The notes under the pieces: generated by a model
Told to the model about the DNA's origin: nothing
What the model saw: only the letters and a program-made list of their open reading frames with translations
The model's database searches: none
Shown here: positions 26,288-36,299 of the stretch, piece after piece
How positions within the stretch are numbered: position 1 is the stretch's first letter
Layout: each line of letters begins with the position of its first letter
Made by a program: the position numbers and the translations under genes
IMG/VR virus record: IMGVR_UViG_3300030433_002535
Coordinates: 1-54,229 of that record
Origin: a virus
Lineage: Duplodnaviria > Caudoviricetes
Length of the DNA stretch: 54,229 nt
Direction: 5' to 3' (one strand)

Positions 26288-29200
26288 GTGTCTAGCGAGA
26301 GTCCTCAGCAGTTCTATCTAAGGGCTCGTGAAGACTTCATCAAATCACCCGGACTCAATGAAGCCGCCAATCTCTACTTTGCTGTCCAGAACCTCAATAA
26401 CCATGGAATAACCTATCATGTGGCCCCTTCCACGATACACGCATTCTCCATCCTGAAGAACGAGGATGCCATTGACGGCAGCGAAGGCCCAGAGCCTGTT
26501 GACTTCGGGGGTCCGAATTACGAGACTCCTCAGATGAAGAGGGACAGGAGGCAACTCGCGAGGGAGAAGTCCCAGTTGGTCGCCAGAAAAGCAGGGACCA
26601 AGTATCGGAGGATAGACACTCCCGGCAAGCACCCACCCCTCATGCCAGCCTTCGATGCAGTCAATCTGCCCTTGAGCGATTTCTGGAGATACCAGAATCG
26701 AAACTTGCGTGACCTATGGGAGCATCTGGCGACGGACCCACAAGTCAAGGGCATACCTAATGAGATGGTCGATGCCTTCTACCACTATCGACCTTCTGGA
26801 GAGCACCCACTAGCAAGCATATTCGACGAAGGACTCAATGGAAATCCAAAATGGCATACCCTGATGGACAGGCTCTACACCTCCACGAGCCCTGACAATG
26901 CGGCCACGCTTGACTCGAAGATGAGGAGGCATGACGAGAAGTTCGGCGCCATGGTCGAGTCTGGTGCCTTCTCGAAGGACCGCTCCTACGAGGAGATGTA
27001 TGGCAAGTTCGACGACAACAGCGTCGGCTTGCATGACATGTTCCTGCATGGCCTCAATAGATGGAGGGTGCTCCATGGTCAGAAATATGGGAAGGAAGGT
27101 GACATAGACAGTTATCTGGCCTATCTCAAGATGAGCATGGAAGGCGTCCCCTTAGATGTGATAAACGACACTCTGTTCACGGACGAGGGAAACCTCCGAA
27201 GTGACCACAGCAGGCGTTCCAAGACCGCTATCAAGAATGCTGGTGACCCCTCACAGCAGATGGGGCTCCTTCCACTCCTGCTTGGTCTGGAGAACCTCAG
27301 CATGAAAGACGGCAAGACTGCAGTCAAGTGGTTCATGGATGGAGCGCAGGGTAGTTTCAAAGACGACCCGGAATCTGCCAAATCCACTAGTTTCCTAGAT
27401 GGGCAGAAGGACCCAGAGTCACTTCTCTCTCGAGTATGGAAGAAGCGACTAGGCGCCATCACTTCCGCTATGACTTCTCCTTTGATACAAGCGGGAATAC
27501 AACAACCGCCTACGAGAGCGAAGGACCTAGACCCGAAGAGAGACACCGGGGGGACTAGAAAAAACGACATGAAAGGAGAGAGCATGACGAGGTCCGCTCG
27601 TGACTCAGACTTGTGGCATCGCGCTCTCATGTGGTGCAGGGCGGACAAGGACGGGGTTCACAGGATGGACCGCGGGAAAGGTCCCTCTGTCTTCAATCAG
27701 TTGATGAACAGGTTCGGGATACTCCCCAATGGCTCTGGTCATTACGGCACCTCCCATCCTGAAATCAACGAAAAACTCGTGGACGACTGGTTGCGCAACA
27801 AGGTAGGTGGTGTGACCAAGGAGCAAATAGCGAAACTGAAGGAATGGAGGGAGAAGGTAGAGAAGTACGCCAATAAAGACTGGACGAAGACCGCTTGGGC
27901 TGCACCCTTCTCGGGACCGCTGACCGAAGAGGGAAAGCCGTCATTCGCGAAGGTGTACCATGATGTATTCGCAAGCGAGAGCGGAGGGCACAGCATGTCC
28001 CCCGCAGACATGATGCAGGCCTTCCATGACATGTTCGGTGGACTCTTCACAATGCCACCCCATTACGAGCAGAGCCAGTTGCAAGGTGAGAACAAGAAGA
28101 CCGTTCGTCAAGTTATCTTCGATGAGGATGGTGAGGATAAGAGGAGAGGGGGCTCCGATGACTGGGAGGCTGCTACGCGGCTAATCGGGGAGACCGGACT
28201 CGTGCCTCTCGCTGGTGAGGGTGAGATGGGTGACGAGCGAGTGGGGATGGACTACAGCCCTTGGTTCGGCATGTTCATGCCCAAGGACCGGGACATCATC
28301 AGCAACATGGAGGGCACAGGCTCTCAGTTGTTCCAGAATAGCAGTCTCACCAACTTCGCAGCCCTCCCTAGACTGCCATTCTCCCTCAGGGACTACCACA
28401 ATCAGAAAAGGTCTCTGGGATTGAGGGCTGGTATCAGATTCGGTGACAATCATCAGCATTCTGATAGGAAGATACGGAGTGCCGATGCCGCCCAACTTAG
28501 TTACAACCTCGGTTCCACCTATCCTCACAAGGAAGAGCACGACTTGGGTGAGGCTAACAGGATGACCCACCTGCTCGACCTAGTCATGGGGATGTTTCAC
28601 GAGCACGGCAACTCCCACTCCCTCTACGACATGTTCCAGTACGGCCCAGAGGTGTTCCTCTCAGAGTTGCTCGCTAGGAGAGGAGACCCACTTACCCCAG
28701 ACATATCCTCCCCGCACGGCTCACCCAATCTTGTCACCATAGGCAGATTGCTCGAAGGAGCGGACCTCATGCGTTACATCACCGATAGCGAGACAGGCAC
28801 CGAGAAGATAGCAGATTCTCCTTATGACGTCATGGGCGACCGTCACGCCATCTACTACCATCATGACGATGGTAACTACGCTATGGGGGAGAAGGGCATG
28901 CTACATGGCTTGGAGCCTAACAATGGAAGGTCCGATGCCATACCTCTCAGGCTCGATGAGTTCACTGCCTCGCCCGAGACAGTCCCCATCGAGAGACTCT
29001 TGATACATCCCCATATGAGAATGCGAGCAAATGCGCTCGGTCGTGTAGCGGAATTGCGCTCCATTCTGAGAGATGACGTCACCCTCCCCGAATCTAGGAA
29101 CCCCGGCTTTCATCAAAAGAGGCTCCTAGACACCATACGAGCCGTAGGCAGAAGAGAAGGGTGGGGTCCAGAGCGCCTACAAAAGGAAATCGACATAGTA

Positions 29201-32200
29201 CTAGGAAAGCAAGCCCCAGACGACCCGTCTGTGTTCGACAGGTATGGTGGTTGGGCCATTGCTGATGGAATGGAGGACCATGACAAATACCCCATTCTAG
29301 ATGCGACATCCGATGCCTTGTGGGAAGGTGGCATGGGCAGGCCGTCGCACGCCGAAGGCCCTCTGTCAATGGATGACACTGGGTGGAGTGACATGAATGA
29401 ATACAATTACAGCAAGAACTTCCCTCACTATCTTCTTACTTCCGGTGCCTATCGAAAGTACAGAAAGGCACCTACTCAAAAATCACAGGTGGAAGTCGGT
29501 GACGGGCCCCAGAGAAGTTTCATGGATATGCTGTCGGAGACAGAGTTCGCGGACCCTGAGGAAGACGACGGTGAATCCGGGTACCTGCTTGCACCAGAGC
29601 CCTTCGCGTTGATGTCCAATCACATCGAGAGATTGCGTGATTTCGCCTTGACCTTCGATGAGGACTCAGTGGCTAGGAGGAGAGTGGAAGAGGCCATACG
29701 CCAACAACAGATGATGCAATTTGACCTCGCTTACTCAGATGGCAGTGCCTTCGATGCAAGTGACGCGCAGATAGGCCGCATGGGTCACGCTCACATGCTA
29801 CTGAGGATGGTAGCCGATACGCTGCACCACACTGGAATCGTGGCACAAGCACTCAAGAAGCACCACATAGCACAGGACCAGAATAACGCTGCTCTCTATG
29901 ACGTGCCCAATGATGACTCCATAGCAGCCGAGGCCTACGCCAATCACATGGAACTGCTGCATTTCGCGAATAGCCTCTTGCATCACCCTGACCAGTCTTG
30001 GAGAGAAGCGCTGGCCAAGGAGATGGACAAGATGGGCGAGACTAGCCTCTCACAGCAACTGCGCGAGCCTAGGAGCCAATCGACTTACATATCCCCACAG
30101 ATTCAAGGCGGTTCGTACAACCCAGAGACAGGGGAGTACGAAGTTGCCGATGCTGATTCTGAGGCCTACGAGCGCCTTCTCGGCCCCTTCGCGGACAAGC
30201 AATGGGTGAAGGGGACAGACCTCGCTAGGCACTACATCGAGAATGGCCATCACGGCAGTTTCGATGATGAGGGCAACGTCGAAAGCGATGTTGTCGCACG
30301 TGCTTTGCGGGCACTGAGAACATTGGACAAGTACAACGACACTGACCATGTCGTCGAGAAAATAGAAGATTTGTTTGGGGAGGGAAGCAAATACTTCAGG
30401 GACGACGACGAAAAACTCACCGGGTTCACACTGACTCCCAAGAACAGAACTCGTGATGACTTCAATGCCCTCCTGCACGTTCTCGGAGACATGAGGAGAG
30501 ACAGTGCGAATACGACGAGAGTCAGGAGCGTCTCAGACAACGGCTTCCTCGCTGATTGGGCTCCCTCTACCTCGTATTCCAGTTCTACCGGGTTGAGCAA
30601 AAATGCACGAAGGAGTCGAAATCTAAACATCACCCGAGAACTTTCTCGTTTGCTGCACAACTACGCATGGGACCATGAAGGTGGGCAAGGCAGGCTCACC
30701 ATGACTGAGTCTGACCTGCCAAAAACCGTGCCATTCGGAGGAATGGAAGGCTTAGCACCATTATCTCTATTCTCGTCTGCTACACTCAAGAACAAAGCAT
30801 CAACACCGACTAGGGCTAGCATCGTCCCAACTTACAACGGTGGGTTGCCTCAGATGACATCAGCCGTTGGCATGCCTGCTCACGACAGGCCTAGGGTCCA
30901 CGTAGCGCATAACGTGCTCAGTGGTATAATGGGAGAGGATTTGAGCGCCTTCGCAGGTAGGACGATGGGACCCGAGGCTGGTGATTGGTATGATGCCGAA
31001 GGGGCGAGGACGCAGGCGCAGAGGGCAATGCAGACAATGCCACCGAACGAGACGTTAGGTGATGGCAGTATCATGGCAAGCCTCGATTTGGACTTGGACG
31101 TCCTCACTGACGAAGACCTGCTGCACAAGAAGGACGAAGGGGACCCAGTGCCCATCAAGCCCATGCATCGCATATTCAGCCTCGATGACCTAGAGCATCT
31201 CAGAGGCTTCTCTGGGGATTGGGTAGTCACCTCTTGGCCTGAAGGAGAGCGTGTCATAGTGCACAAGAAAGACAAGAAACTGGTCATCACCAATGGAGGG
31301 GGGAAGAAGGTGACTATACCCAATCAAGTGCGAAAAGACGTGAGAAAGGCACATGACTCCGATTTCATAGTGGATGCCATATGGGACGAGGAGTGCTTGC
31401 ACATCATCGACATCATAAAGATAGCAGATGAGAAAGTGTCAGACGAGCAGACCAAAGACAGAAATCGTTTGTTACGTGCGAAATTTGAGGCTACCGATAA
31501 CGTCTCCATACCAGCACCAATCAACACCAAGAGAACTGACAATGATGGACTGCAACGCGCATATGACGATTTGATGAAGGAGAAGGGAGTCAAGCAGGTC
31601 CTCCTCAGAGACGCAGGGGCTACTTACATGAGAGGGGAAGCGAGACATCCGAAGTGGGTCTTGTGGAGACCAGACAGGACGATTGACGTGAGAGTGGTCT
31701 CATCTTCAGGCGCTCAACACTGCTTGGGAGTAGGCCCTATAGACGAAGAGACGGCCAAGAAGATTGGCAATCGCAGTCAGGAGTACGACGGTGAGCATTA
31801 CATGGATGTCGGCTCACTCTACAATACCAAGGTGGAAGAGGGCGATTACATTACCATAGCAGTGTCCAGTACCTCTGTTTCCACTCGAAGCAAAGAGCAA
31901 GTCTACCAAGTCAACGCCCCTCGCTACCTTGGTCCTTCAGAGAGTCATGCTACTGACAGCATAGAGACCTTAAGAATACTCTCGCCTGTTACAGAGCAGA
32001 ATATACCCCATAAGGTGAGAGTCAACAAAGGCAACGTACTACTCTCATTCCCCCTAGGAGATGTGACGTATGAGACGGAACCACTAGGCCATGCTTTCAT
32101 CATCAAAGCAGTAGATGCGCCATCGGATTACCTAGGACGAATCGCAGAGACTCAGAGACCTTACTGGGGCCCTCTCGCAGCAGTTCTTCTCAGGAGCGAC

Positions 32201-32671
32201 AAGGAGAAGATGAAAGTAGTGGAGGAAGACAGTGATGCGGTGGAGCCTGAACCACCTGCCAATCATGACAAGAAGCCGAAGAAAGTCCTGAAGCCTTCAG
32301 AGAGACTGCTGAAGGACCCGGAGTTGACTAAATCAATAGTAGTCTCTTTGCATCGAGTGGAAGAACTACTGAAGGAGAAGATTACTTGGACTGGGCCCAA
32401 GGGGCTGGGCATCGACCATGGCAGTCCCATAGAGAGTCCGTCTGGCCCCACTGAGAACACCGAAGGATACAATCTGCCAGACCATGACCCCGGTCATAGG
32501 GCTGAGAAGCATGGCGCTTGTTGGTGTGGAGCGGAGAAAGGGCAGTCCTGCGAACAAGGCAGGGCACATAAAATGGAAGACTGTCCCATAGCACACCCTC
32601 CTAGAGATGAGAGCAAGGACCCTAAGCACCTCCAATTTTCTCATAGTTCTCGTTCTGATTCTTCCGTGTGA
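26288..32671 (+). CDS. Giant (2127 aa) head-module protein with C-terminal degenerate ATP-dependent DNA ligase-like (adenylation + OB) region
   Basis: Ligase motifs are in the right order but degenerate: WVVTSWPEGERV (I), FIVDAI (III), LHIIDII (IIIa), VKQVLLRD (IV), YMRGEARHPKWV (V), then an OB-like IDVRVV..LGVGP..DVG..PRY. GAGGTG precedes the start. Confidence 0.8.
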   Translation: MSSESPQQFYLRAREDFIKSPGLNEAANLYFAVQNLNNHGITYHVAPSTIHAFSILKNEDAIDGSEGPEPVDFGGPNYETPQMKRDRRQLAREKSQLVARKAGTKYRRIDTPGKHPPLMPAFDAVNLPLSDFWRYQNRNLRDLWEHLATDPQVKGIPNEMVDAFYHYRPSGEHPLASIFDEGLNGNPKWHTLMDRLYTSTSPDNAATLDSKMRRHDEKFGAMVESGAFSKDRSYEEMYGKFDDNSVGLHDMFLHGLNRWRVLHGQKYGKEGDIDSYLAYLKMSMEGVPLDVINDTLFTDEGNLRSDHSRRSKTAIKNAGDPSQQMGLLPLLLGLENLSMKDGKTAVKWFMDGAQGSFKDDPESAKSTSFLDGQKDPESLLSRVWKKRLGAITSAMTSPLIQAGIQQPPTRAKDLDPKRDTGGTRKNDMKGESMTRSARDSDLWHRALMWCRADKDGVHRMDRGKGPSVFNQLMNRFGILPNGSGHYGTSHPEINEKLVDDWLRNKVGGVTKEQIAKLKEWREKVEKYANKDWTKTAWAAPFSGPLTEEGKPSFAKVYHDVFASESGGHSMSPADMMQAFHDMFGGLFTMPPHYEQSQLQGENKKTVRQVIFDEDGEDKRRGGSDDWEAATRLIGETGLVPLAGEGEMGDERVGMDYSPWFGMFMPKDRDIISNMEGTGSQLFQNSSLTNFAALPRLPFSLRDYHNQKRSLGLRAGIRFGDNHQHSDRKIRSADAAQLSYNLGSTYPHKEEHDLGEANRMTHLLDLVMGMFHEHGNSHSLYDMFQYGPEVFLSELLARRGDPLTPDISSPHGSPNLVTIGRLLEGADLMRYITDSETGTEKIADSPYDVMGDRHAIYYHHDDGNYAMGEKGMLHGLEPNNGRSDAIPLRLDEFTASPETVPIERLLIHPHMRMRANALGRVAELRSILRDDVTLPESRNPGFHQKRLLDTIRAVGRREGWGPERLQKEIDIVLGKQAPDDPSVFDRYGGWAIADGMEDHDKYPILDATSDALWEGGMGRPSHAEGPLSMDDTGWSDMNEYNYSKNFPHYLLTSGAYRKYRKAPTQKSQVEVGDGPQRSFMDMLSETEFADPEEDDGESGYLLAPEPFALMSNHIERLRDFALTFDEDSVARRRVEEAIRQQQMMQFDLAYSDGSAFDASDAQIGRMGHAHMLLRMVADTLHHTGIVAQALKKHHIAQDQNNAALYDVPNDDSIAAEAYANHMELLHFANSLLHHPDQSWREALAKEMDKMGETSLSQQLREPRSQSTYISPQIQGGSYNPETGEYEVADADSEAYERLLGPFADKQWVKGTDLARHYIENGHHGSFDDEGNVESDVVARALRALRTLDKYNDTDHVVEKIEDLFGEGSKYFRDDDEKLTGFTLTPKNRTRDDFNALLHVLGDMRRDSANTTRVRSVSDNGFLADWAPSTSYSSSTGLSKNARRSRNLNITRELSRLLHNYAWDHEGGQGRLTMTESDLPKTVPFGGMEGLAPLSLFSSATLKNKASTPTRASIVPTYNGGLPQMTSAVGMPAHDRPRVHVAHNVLSGIMGEDLSAFAGRTMGPEAGDWYDAEGARTQAQRAMQTMPPNETLGDGSIMASLDLDLDVLTDEDLLHKKDEGDPVPIKPMHRIFSLDDLEHLRGFSGDWVVTSWPEGERVIVHKKDKKLVITNGGGKKVTIPNQVRKDVRKAHDSDFIVDAIWDEECLHIIDIIKIADEKVSDEQTKDRNRLLRAKFEATDNVSIPAPINTKRTDNDGLQRAYDDLMKEKGVKQVLLRDAGATYMRGEARHPKWVLWRPDRTIDVRVVSSSGAQHCLGVGPIDEETAKKIGNRSQEYDGEHYMDVGSLYNTKVEEGDYITIAVSSTSVSTRSKEQVYQVNAPRYLGPSESHATDSIETLRILSPVTEQNIPHKVRVNKGNVLLSFPLGDVTYETEPLGHAFIIKAVDAPSDYLGRIAETQRPYWGPLAAVLLRSDKEKMKVVEEDSDAVEPEPPANHDKKPKKVLKPSERLLKDPELTKSIVVSLHRVEELLKEKITWTGPKGLGIDHGSPIESPSGPTENTEGYNLPDHDPGHRAEKHGACWCGAEKGQSCEQGRAHKMEDCPIAHPPRDESKDPKHLQFSHSSRSDSSV

Positions 32672-32680
32672 TTCATATAG
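32670..32680 (+). promoter_or_regulatory. Putative TATA-like promoter for the protease-capsid operon
   Basis: GATTCATATAG lies ~32 nt upstream of the GTG at 32704, which has no SD. This spacing fits leaderless archaeal transcripts. Confidence 0.45.
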
Positions 32681-32703
32681 CATGAGAATAAATAGGCGAA
32701 TTT

Positions 32704-34107
32704 GTGCTCATGCTGGAACAGCAGGTTCTTGACCCCGTTCTACTGAAAGGGAGGTCCAGTGACCTAGTAGTCGCTGGTTACGCTTCAGTAGAGATGGTAG
32801 ACAAGCAAGGCGACCTCATTACCCGTGACGCTCTCAAAGACGCTTTCGGGAAATTCATGAAGTCCCCCGGATTCAGAAACGTCCAGTTAGCACATTCCAA
32901 TATACAAGTGGGTGAGGTAATACCCAGTTACGAAGACACATCTGGTAGGATGTGGAAGTCAGAGGTTGATGACACCGGCATGTTCGTCGTCATCAAACTA
33001 CGCAATGACATAGAGAAGGCCAGAGAAGTGGCCGCAGAAATTCGCAAGGGGAACCTTAAGTCGTTCTCCATCGGTGGGCAGGCTTTCGAGCGTGTCAATA
33101 AGCACGATGGCACCAGAGGTGACTATCGTGAGATAAGCCGCATGGAGTTGCACGAGGTGACCATTTGCGAAAAGGGCATCAATCCCGAGGCCCAGTTTAG
33201 AATCCTAAAGGAGGATACAACAAATAAAGGTGATACAATGACAGACCCAATGAATGAACTGCAAAATGTGCTGGAGCGCTTGTCTAAGCGCCTCGACGAT
33301 GCCGACGCCACTCAGGCTGAGGCTACTCTGAAAGCAAAGGATGAAGAAAAGTCGGCAGATGCTGACGCTGAAAAATCCGATGACAAAGAGAAGAGCGAGG
33401 ACAAAGAGAAGATGGCTTACGGCAAAGATATGAAAGAAAAAGAAAAGATGAAGAAAGGCGATGACCTAGATGACGTGATTACCACGGATTATCTAGACTG
33501 GCTCGAGACGACCGTCAAGTCCGCTGGGTTCGACCCAGAGGCAGCACGCGGTCACTTCGAGGACCCTGAGGGAGTAGAGAAATCTTACCTACAAGAAGGT
33601 AAGCACGGCTACGACCACAGGGGTCAGGGTAGCATCGAAGGCGCTGGAGAGGATGACTCTGGTAAGAGGCCAAAGATGAACTTCGGTTCCGCACCAAGCG
33701 GGAACAAGAACGTCATCAAGGCTGAAGATTACATCAGCGAGAACGATGTAGACCCCGCTCAGATAGAGGAGGCTTACCAAGTCTACAAGGCTGCTGCAAT
33801 GGAGCAGCAGTTCAAGACTGACCTTGGTAACCAATTCTCGATGAGGTTCCAGAAGGAGATGGCTGCTGAGGCAGAAGCCGAGGCTAAAACCGCCTACGAC
33901 GCGAGGGACCCAATCGCAGACCTCCAGAAGGCTGTACTAGCCATGTCTGAGAGGATTGACAACTTCGGAACAACTGGTGAGACTATCAACAAGTCCGAGA
34001 TGGCAGCCCCATCAATTAGTATTCCTGAAACCACCGAGATGGCTCAGATGTCGTGGGACGACGTCCACAGGCTAGCAGGTAAGGTTCTACAGGGAGGTGA
34101 CAACTGA
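32704..34107 (+). CDS. HK97-type prohead maturation protease fused to a C-terminal scaffold
   Basis: VAGYASVEMVDKQGD..LAH..VG..FSIGG..LHEVTICEKGINPEA; acidic/coiled-coil C-terminal half; directly upstream of the MCP. Confidence 0.92.
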   Translation: MLMLEQQVLDPVLLKGRSSDLVVAGYASVEMVDKQGDLITRDALKDAFGKFMKSPGFRNVQLAHSNIQVGEVIPSYEDTSGRMWKSEVDDTGMFVVIKLRNDIEKAREVAAEIRKGNLKSFSIGGQAFERVNKHDGTRGDYREISRMELHEVTICEKGINPEAQFRILKEDTTNKGDTMTDPMNELQNVLERLSKRLDDADATQAEATLKAKDEEKSADADAEKSDDKEKSEDKEKMAYGKDMKEKEKMKKGDDLDDVITTDYLDWLETTVKSAGFDPEAARGHFEDPEGVEKSYLQEGKHGYDHRGQGSIEGAGEDDSGKRPKMNFGSAPSGNKNVIKAEDYISENDVDPAQIEEAYQVYKAAAMEQQFKTDLGNQFSMRFQKEMAAEAEAEAKTAYDARDPIADLQKAVLAMSERIDNFGTTGETINKSEMAAPSISIPETTEMAQMSWDDVHRLAGKVLQGGDN

Positions 34108-35252
34108 TGGCACGTAATTATGTACGAACAATACAAGATATGGAAAGATACTACTACGGTGGTACAGCAACGACCGGGTACACCTACAGCAGTGGAGACA
34201 TACTCAAGGCCGACGCGCCTTTACTGTCCACTACGGCTGGTACCTACCAAGCAATCTACGGAAGGAAAGTTTGGTCGCAACTGAACCAAGAGTTCAATGC
34301 GTTTAGCATACTTCCAAAGAAGCCTTGGGAGCGAAGTGGGTGGAGAATCATAACCTCCAAGCCTTCCTTCAACGTAGGCGGCGGACTGGCTGAGAACGCT
34401 ACTCTGCCAGACACCACCAAGCCTGACTTCCTACACGTGGCTGCAAAGCCCAAGACCATCGGTCACTCGTTCGACCTGAGCGAAGTGTCCATGTTCCTTT
34501 CTGACAAGGATGACGGTCTTGGAGACGTGCGCCAAGTGCTGAAGGAAGAGATGGGGAAGCACCACGCTGACCACATCAACAGGATGCTTCTAGAGGATGT
34601 CGAGACTCCAGCAGGAAACGACCTAGAGTCCCTCGACAGGCTAACCACAGACCCAGACAAGATGACGACCGGCACTGGTCACGTGAGCGCAACCACAGAC
34701 CACGACCTGTACTCCATCACTCGAGATGGAAGTGCAGACTTCCACAGTGCAGAGGTAGATGTCTCATCTGCGGCTAACACTAACAGGAACCTGAGCCTGA
34801 ACCACCTTGACGGTCTCTTCCAGCAGATTTGGAAGCGTGGTGGTAACCCCAAGGTCATGCTGACAGGGTACGATACCCTAATGCGCGTCCAGCAACTCCT
34901 ACAGAGCCAGCAGAGGTTCATGGAGTCGAAGAGGGTTACACCAACCTACAACGGCGTGAAGGGTGTTCCCGGTATTGAGGCTGGTTTCATCGTGGCTACC
35001 TACAACGGTGTGCCACTGATTCCATCCAAGGACGTAGTGACTGATACCTCCGGTATCTCGAGGATTTACTACTTCGATACGGATTACCTGTGGTTCCAGA
35101 CCGCTATCCCGACTCAGTACTTCGAGTCTGGTATCGAGACTGGTGACCCGTTTGCCATCAACAGACTAGGACAGGAAGGACTCTACCGAACCATGGGTGA
35201 GGTATGGGACTCCTTCTTCGGAGCAGGAGGTTCAATCCGTGACCTTGCTTGA
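34107..35252 (+). CDS. Major capsid protein (HK97 fold, archaeal-virus type)
   Basis: 381 aa, coupled to the protease (TGATG) with a GGAGGTGA SD. YGRKVWSQLNQE..FSILPKKPW..GWR, ESLDR and YNGVPLIPSKD resemble halovirus/magrovirus capsids. Confidence 0.9.
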   Translation: MARNYVRTIQDMERYYYGGTATTGYTYSSGDILKADAPLLSTTAGTYQAIYGRKVWSQLNQEFNAFSILPKKPWERSGWRIITSKPSFNVGGGLAENATLPDTTKPDFLHVAAKPKTIGHSFDLSEVSMFLSDKDDGLGDVRQVLKEEMGKHHADHINRMLLEDVETPAGNDLESLDRLTTDPDKMTTGTGHVSATTDHDLYSITRDGSADFHSAEVDVSSAANTNRNLSLNHLDGLFQQIWKRGGNPKVMLTGYDTLMRVQQLLQSQQRFMESKRVTPTYNGVKGVPGIEAGFIVATYNGVPLIPSKDVVTDTSGISRIYYFDTDYLWFQTAIPTQYFESGIETGDPFAINRLGQEGLYRTMGEVWDSFFGAGGSIRDLA

Positions 35253-35283
35253 GGTACATGGGGAGATAACAGAGGTGATATGA

Positions 35284-35682
35284 ATGGTAGGAACAGTAGT
35301 AACAGACAGTGAATACAGAGGAATAACTTACACAACCAGCGGAAGCGCCACAGTCACAATGGACTTGGACTTGGACTTGCAGGGTGGTGTGGACCAAGAT
35401 GAAACGACATGGATTTCGGCTTACCCCGGAGCCCTAACCGACTTCGCGGCGAGACAGACAGACGGAACAAACAGGTACAACCCAAGAATCCTGAGCATCA
35501 GGCTTGGGTCGATGGCTGCGGCTGAGACGCTAACCCTTTCAGGGCAAGTCTCAGTCATCCTAGGATACGCATGGACGCCAGCAACGGCGAACGACAGCGG
35601 CATAACTAGGACCAGCGACCTTGTTCTGACCCACGATAGTAGTGCAACAGAAAGCGGACACATGCTTCTTTTGGTGGCCTAA
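35284..35682 (+). CDS. Virion structural protein (possible capsid decoration)
   Basis: 132 aa, T/S/A-rich and beta-like; GAGGTGA SD; immediately follows the MCP. Confidence 0.65.
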   Translation: MVGTVVTDSEYRGITYTTSGSATVTMDLDLDLQGGVDQDETTWISAYPGALTDFAARQTDGTNRYNPRILSIRLGSMAAAETLTLSGQVSVILGYAWTPATANDSGITRTSDLVLTHDSSATESGHMLLLVA

Positions 35683-35699
35683 TTAAGGGGTGACCTAAC

Positions 35700-36038
35700 A
35701 TGCCAACACTATACTGGGCAGGGACGGACATGAGAGTCCGAACCAAGTACGGCGAGTTCAGCAGGAACGAAGGAACCGTCGTGTCGCAGGAATGGTTGGA
35801 TATGAGACGCGGTGCTTTCGACGCCACTCATTGGCGCATCGAAGAAGACTACCCCGGCGTCCTTTTTACGCAAGACGATGGTGACGGAATCCCGGACATG
35901 AATTGGCTCAAGGCAGACATTCAACAATGGCTGTACGAGCGAGGAGTAGAAATGTCCGGGCTCCGCGCCACGAAAGCGAAGATGCTGGAAAAGGTTGATG
36001 AAGTACTAGCGGCTGAGGTCGTCACAGAGGAGGAATAG
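35700..36038 (+). CDS. Small protein with C-terminal HeH/SAP-like helix-extended-helix
   Basis: WLKADIQQWLYERGVEMSGLRATKAKMLEKV; GGGGTGA SD. Confidence 0.7.
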   Translation: MPTLYWAGTDMRVRTKYGEFSRNEGTVVSQEWLDMRRGAFDATHWRIEEDYPGVLFTQDDGDGIPDMNWLKADIQQWLYERGVEMSGLRATKAKMLEKVDEVLAAEVVTEEE

Positions 36039-36040
36039 AT

Positions 36041-36283
36041 ATGGCAATTAATTTTGACGATAGACCTATCACAATAGGCAGCATACTACTACTGACTGGG
36101 ACATGGGCCAATGGTGACACAAGCGTGGACGCATCAGATTACTTATCTGAAGTGCTTCACTTCGACGTGACCGCCAACAGCGCCACTGAGCAGGCTAACC
36201 CGACTGGATTCGTGGGAACCACGTGCCACTTTACGGAGTCTGGCAGCGATGGTGGCCGGTTCATCATCCTAGGTCGACGCTGA
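36041..36283 (+). CDS. Small virion structural protein
   Basis: 80 aa, beta-rich; GAGGAGG SD. Confidence 0.7.
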   Translation: MAINFDDRPITIGSILLLTGTWANGDTSVDASDYLSEVLHFDVTANSATEQANPTGFVGTTCHFTESGSDGGRFIILGRR

Positions 36284-36299
36284 TTGGGGGGAATACCCC

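Noticed and set aside
26288-32671. Annotation as a functional DNA ligase
   Set aside because: The catalytic Lys of motif I and the Lys residues of motifs IV and V are missing.
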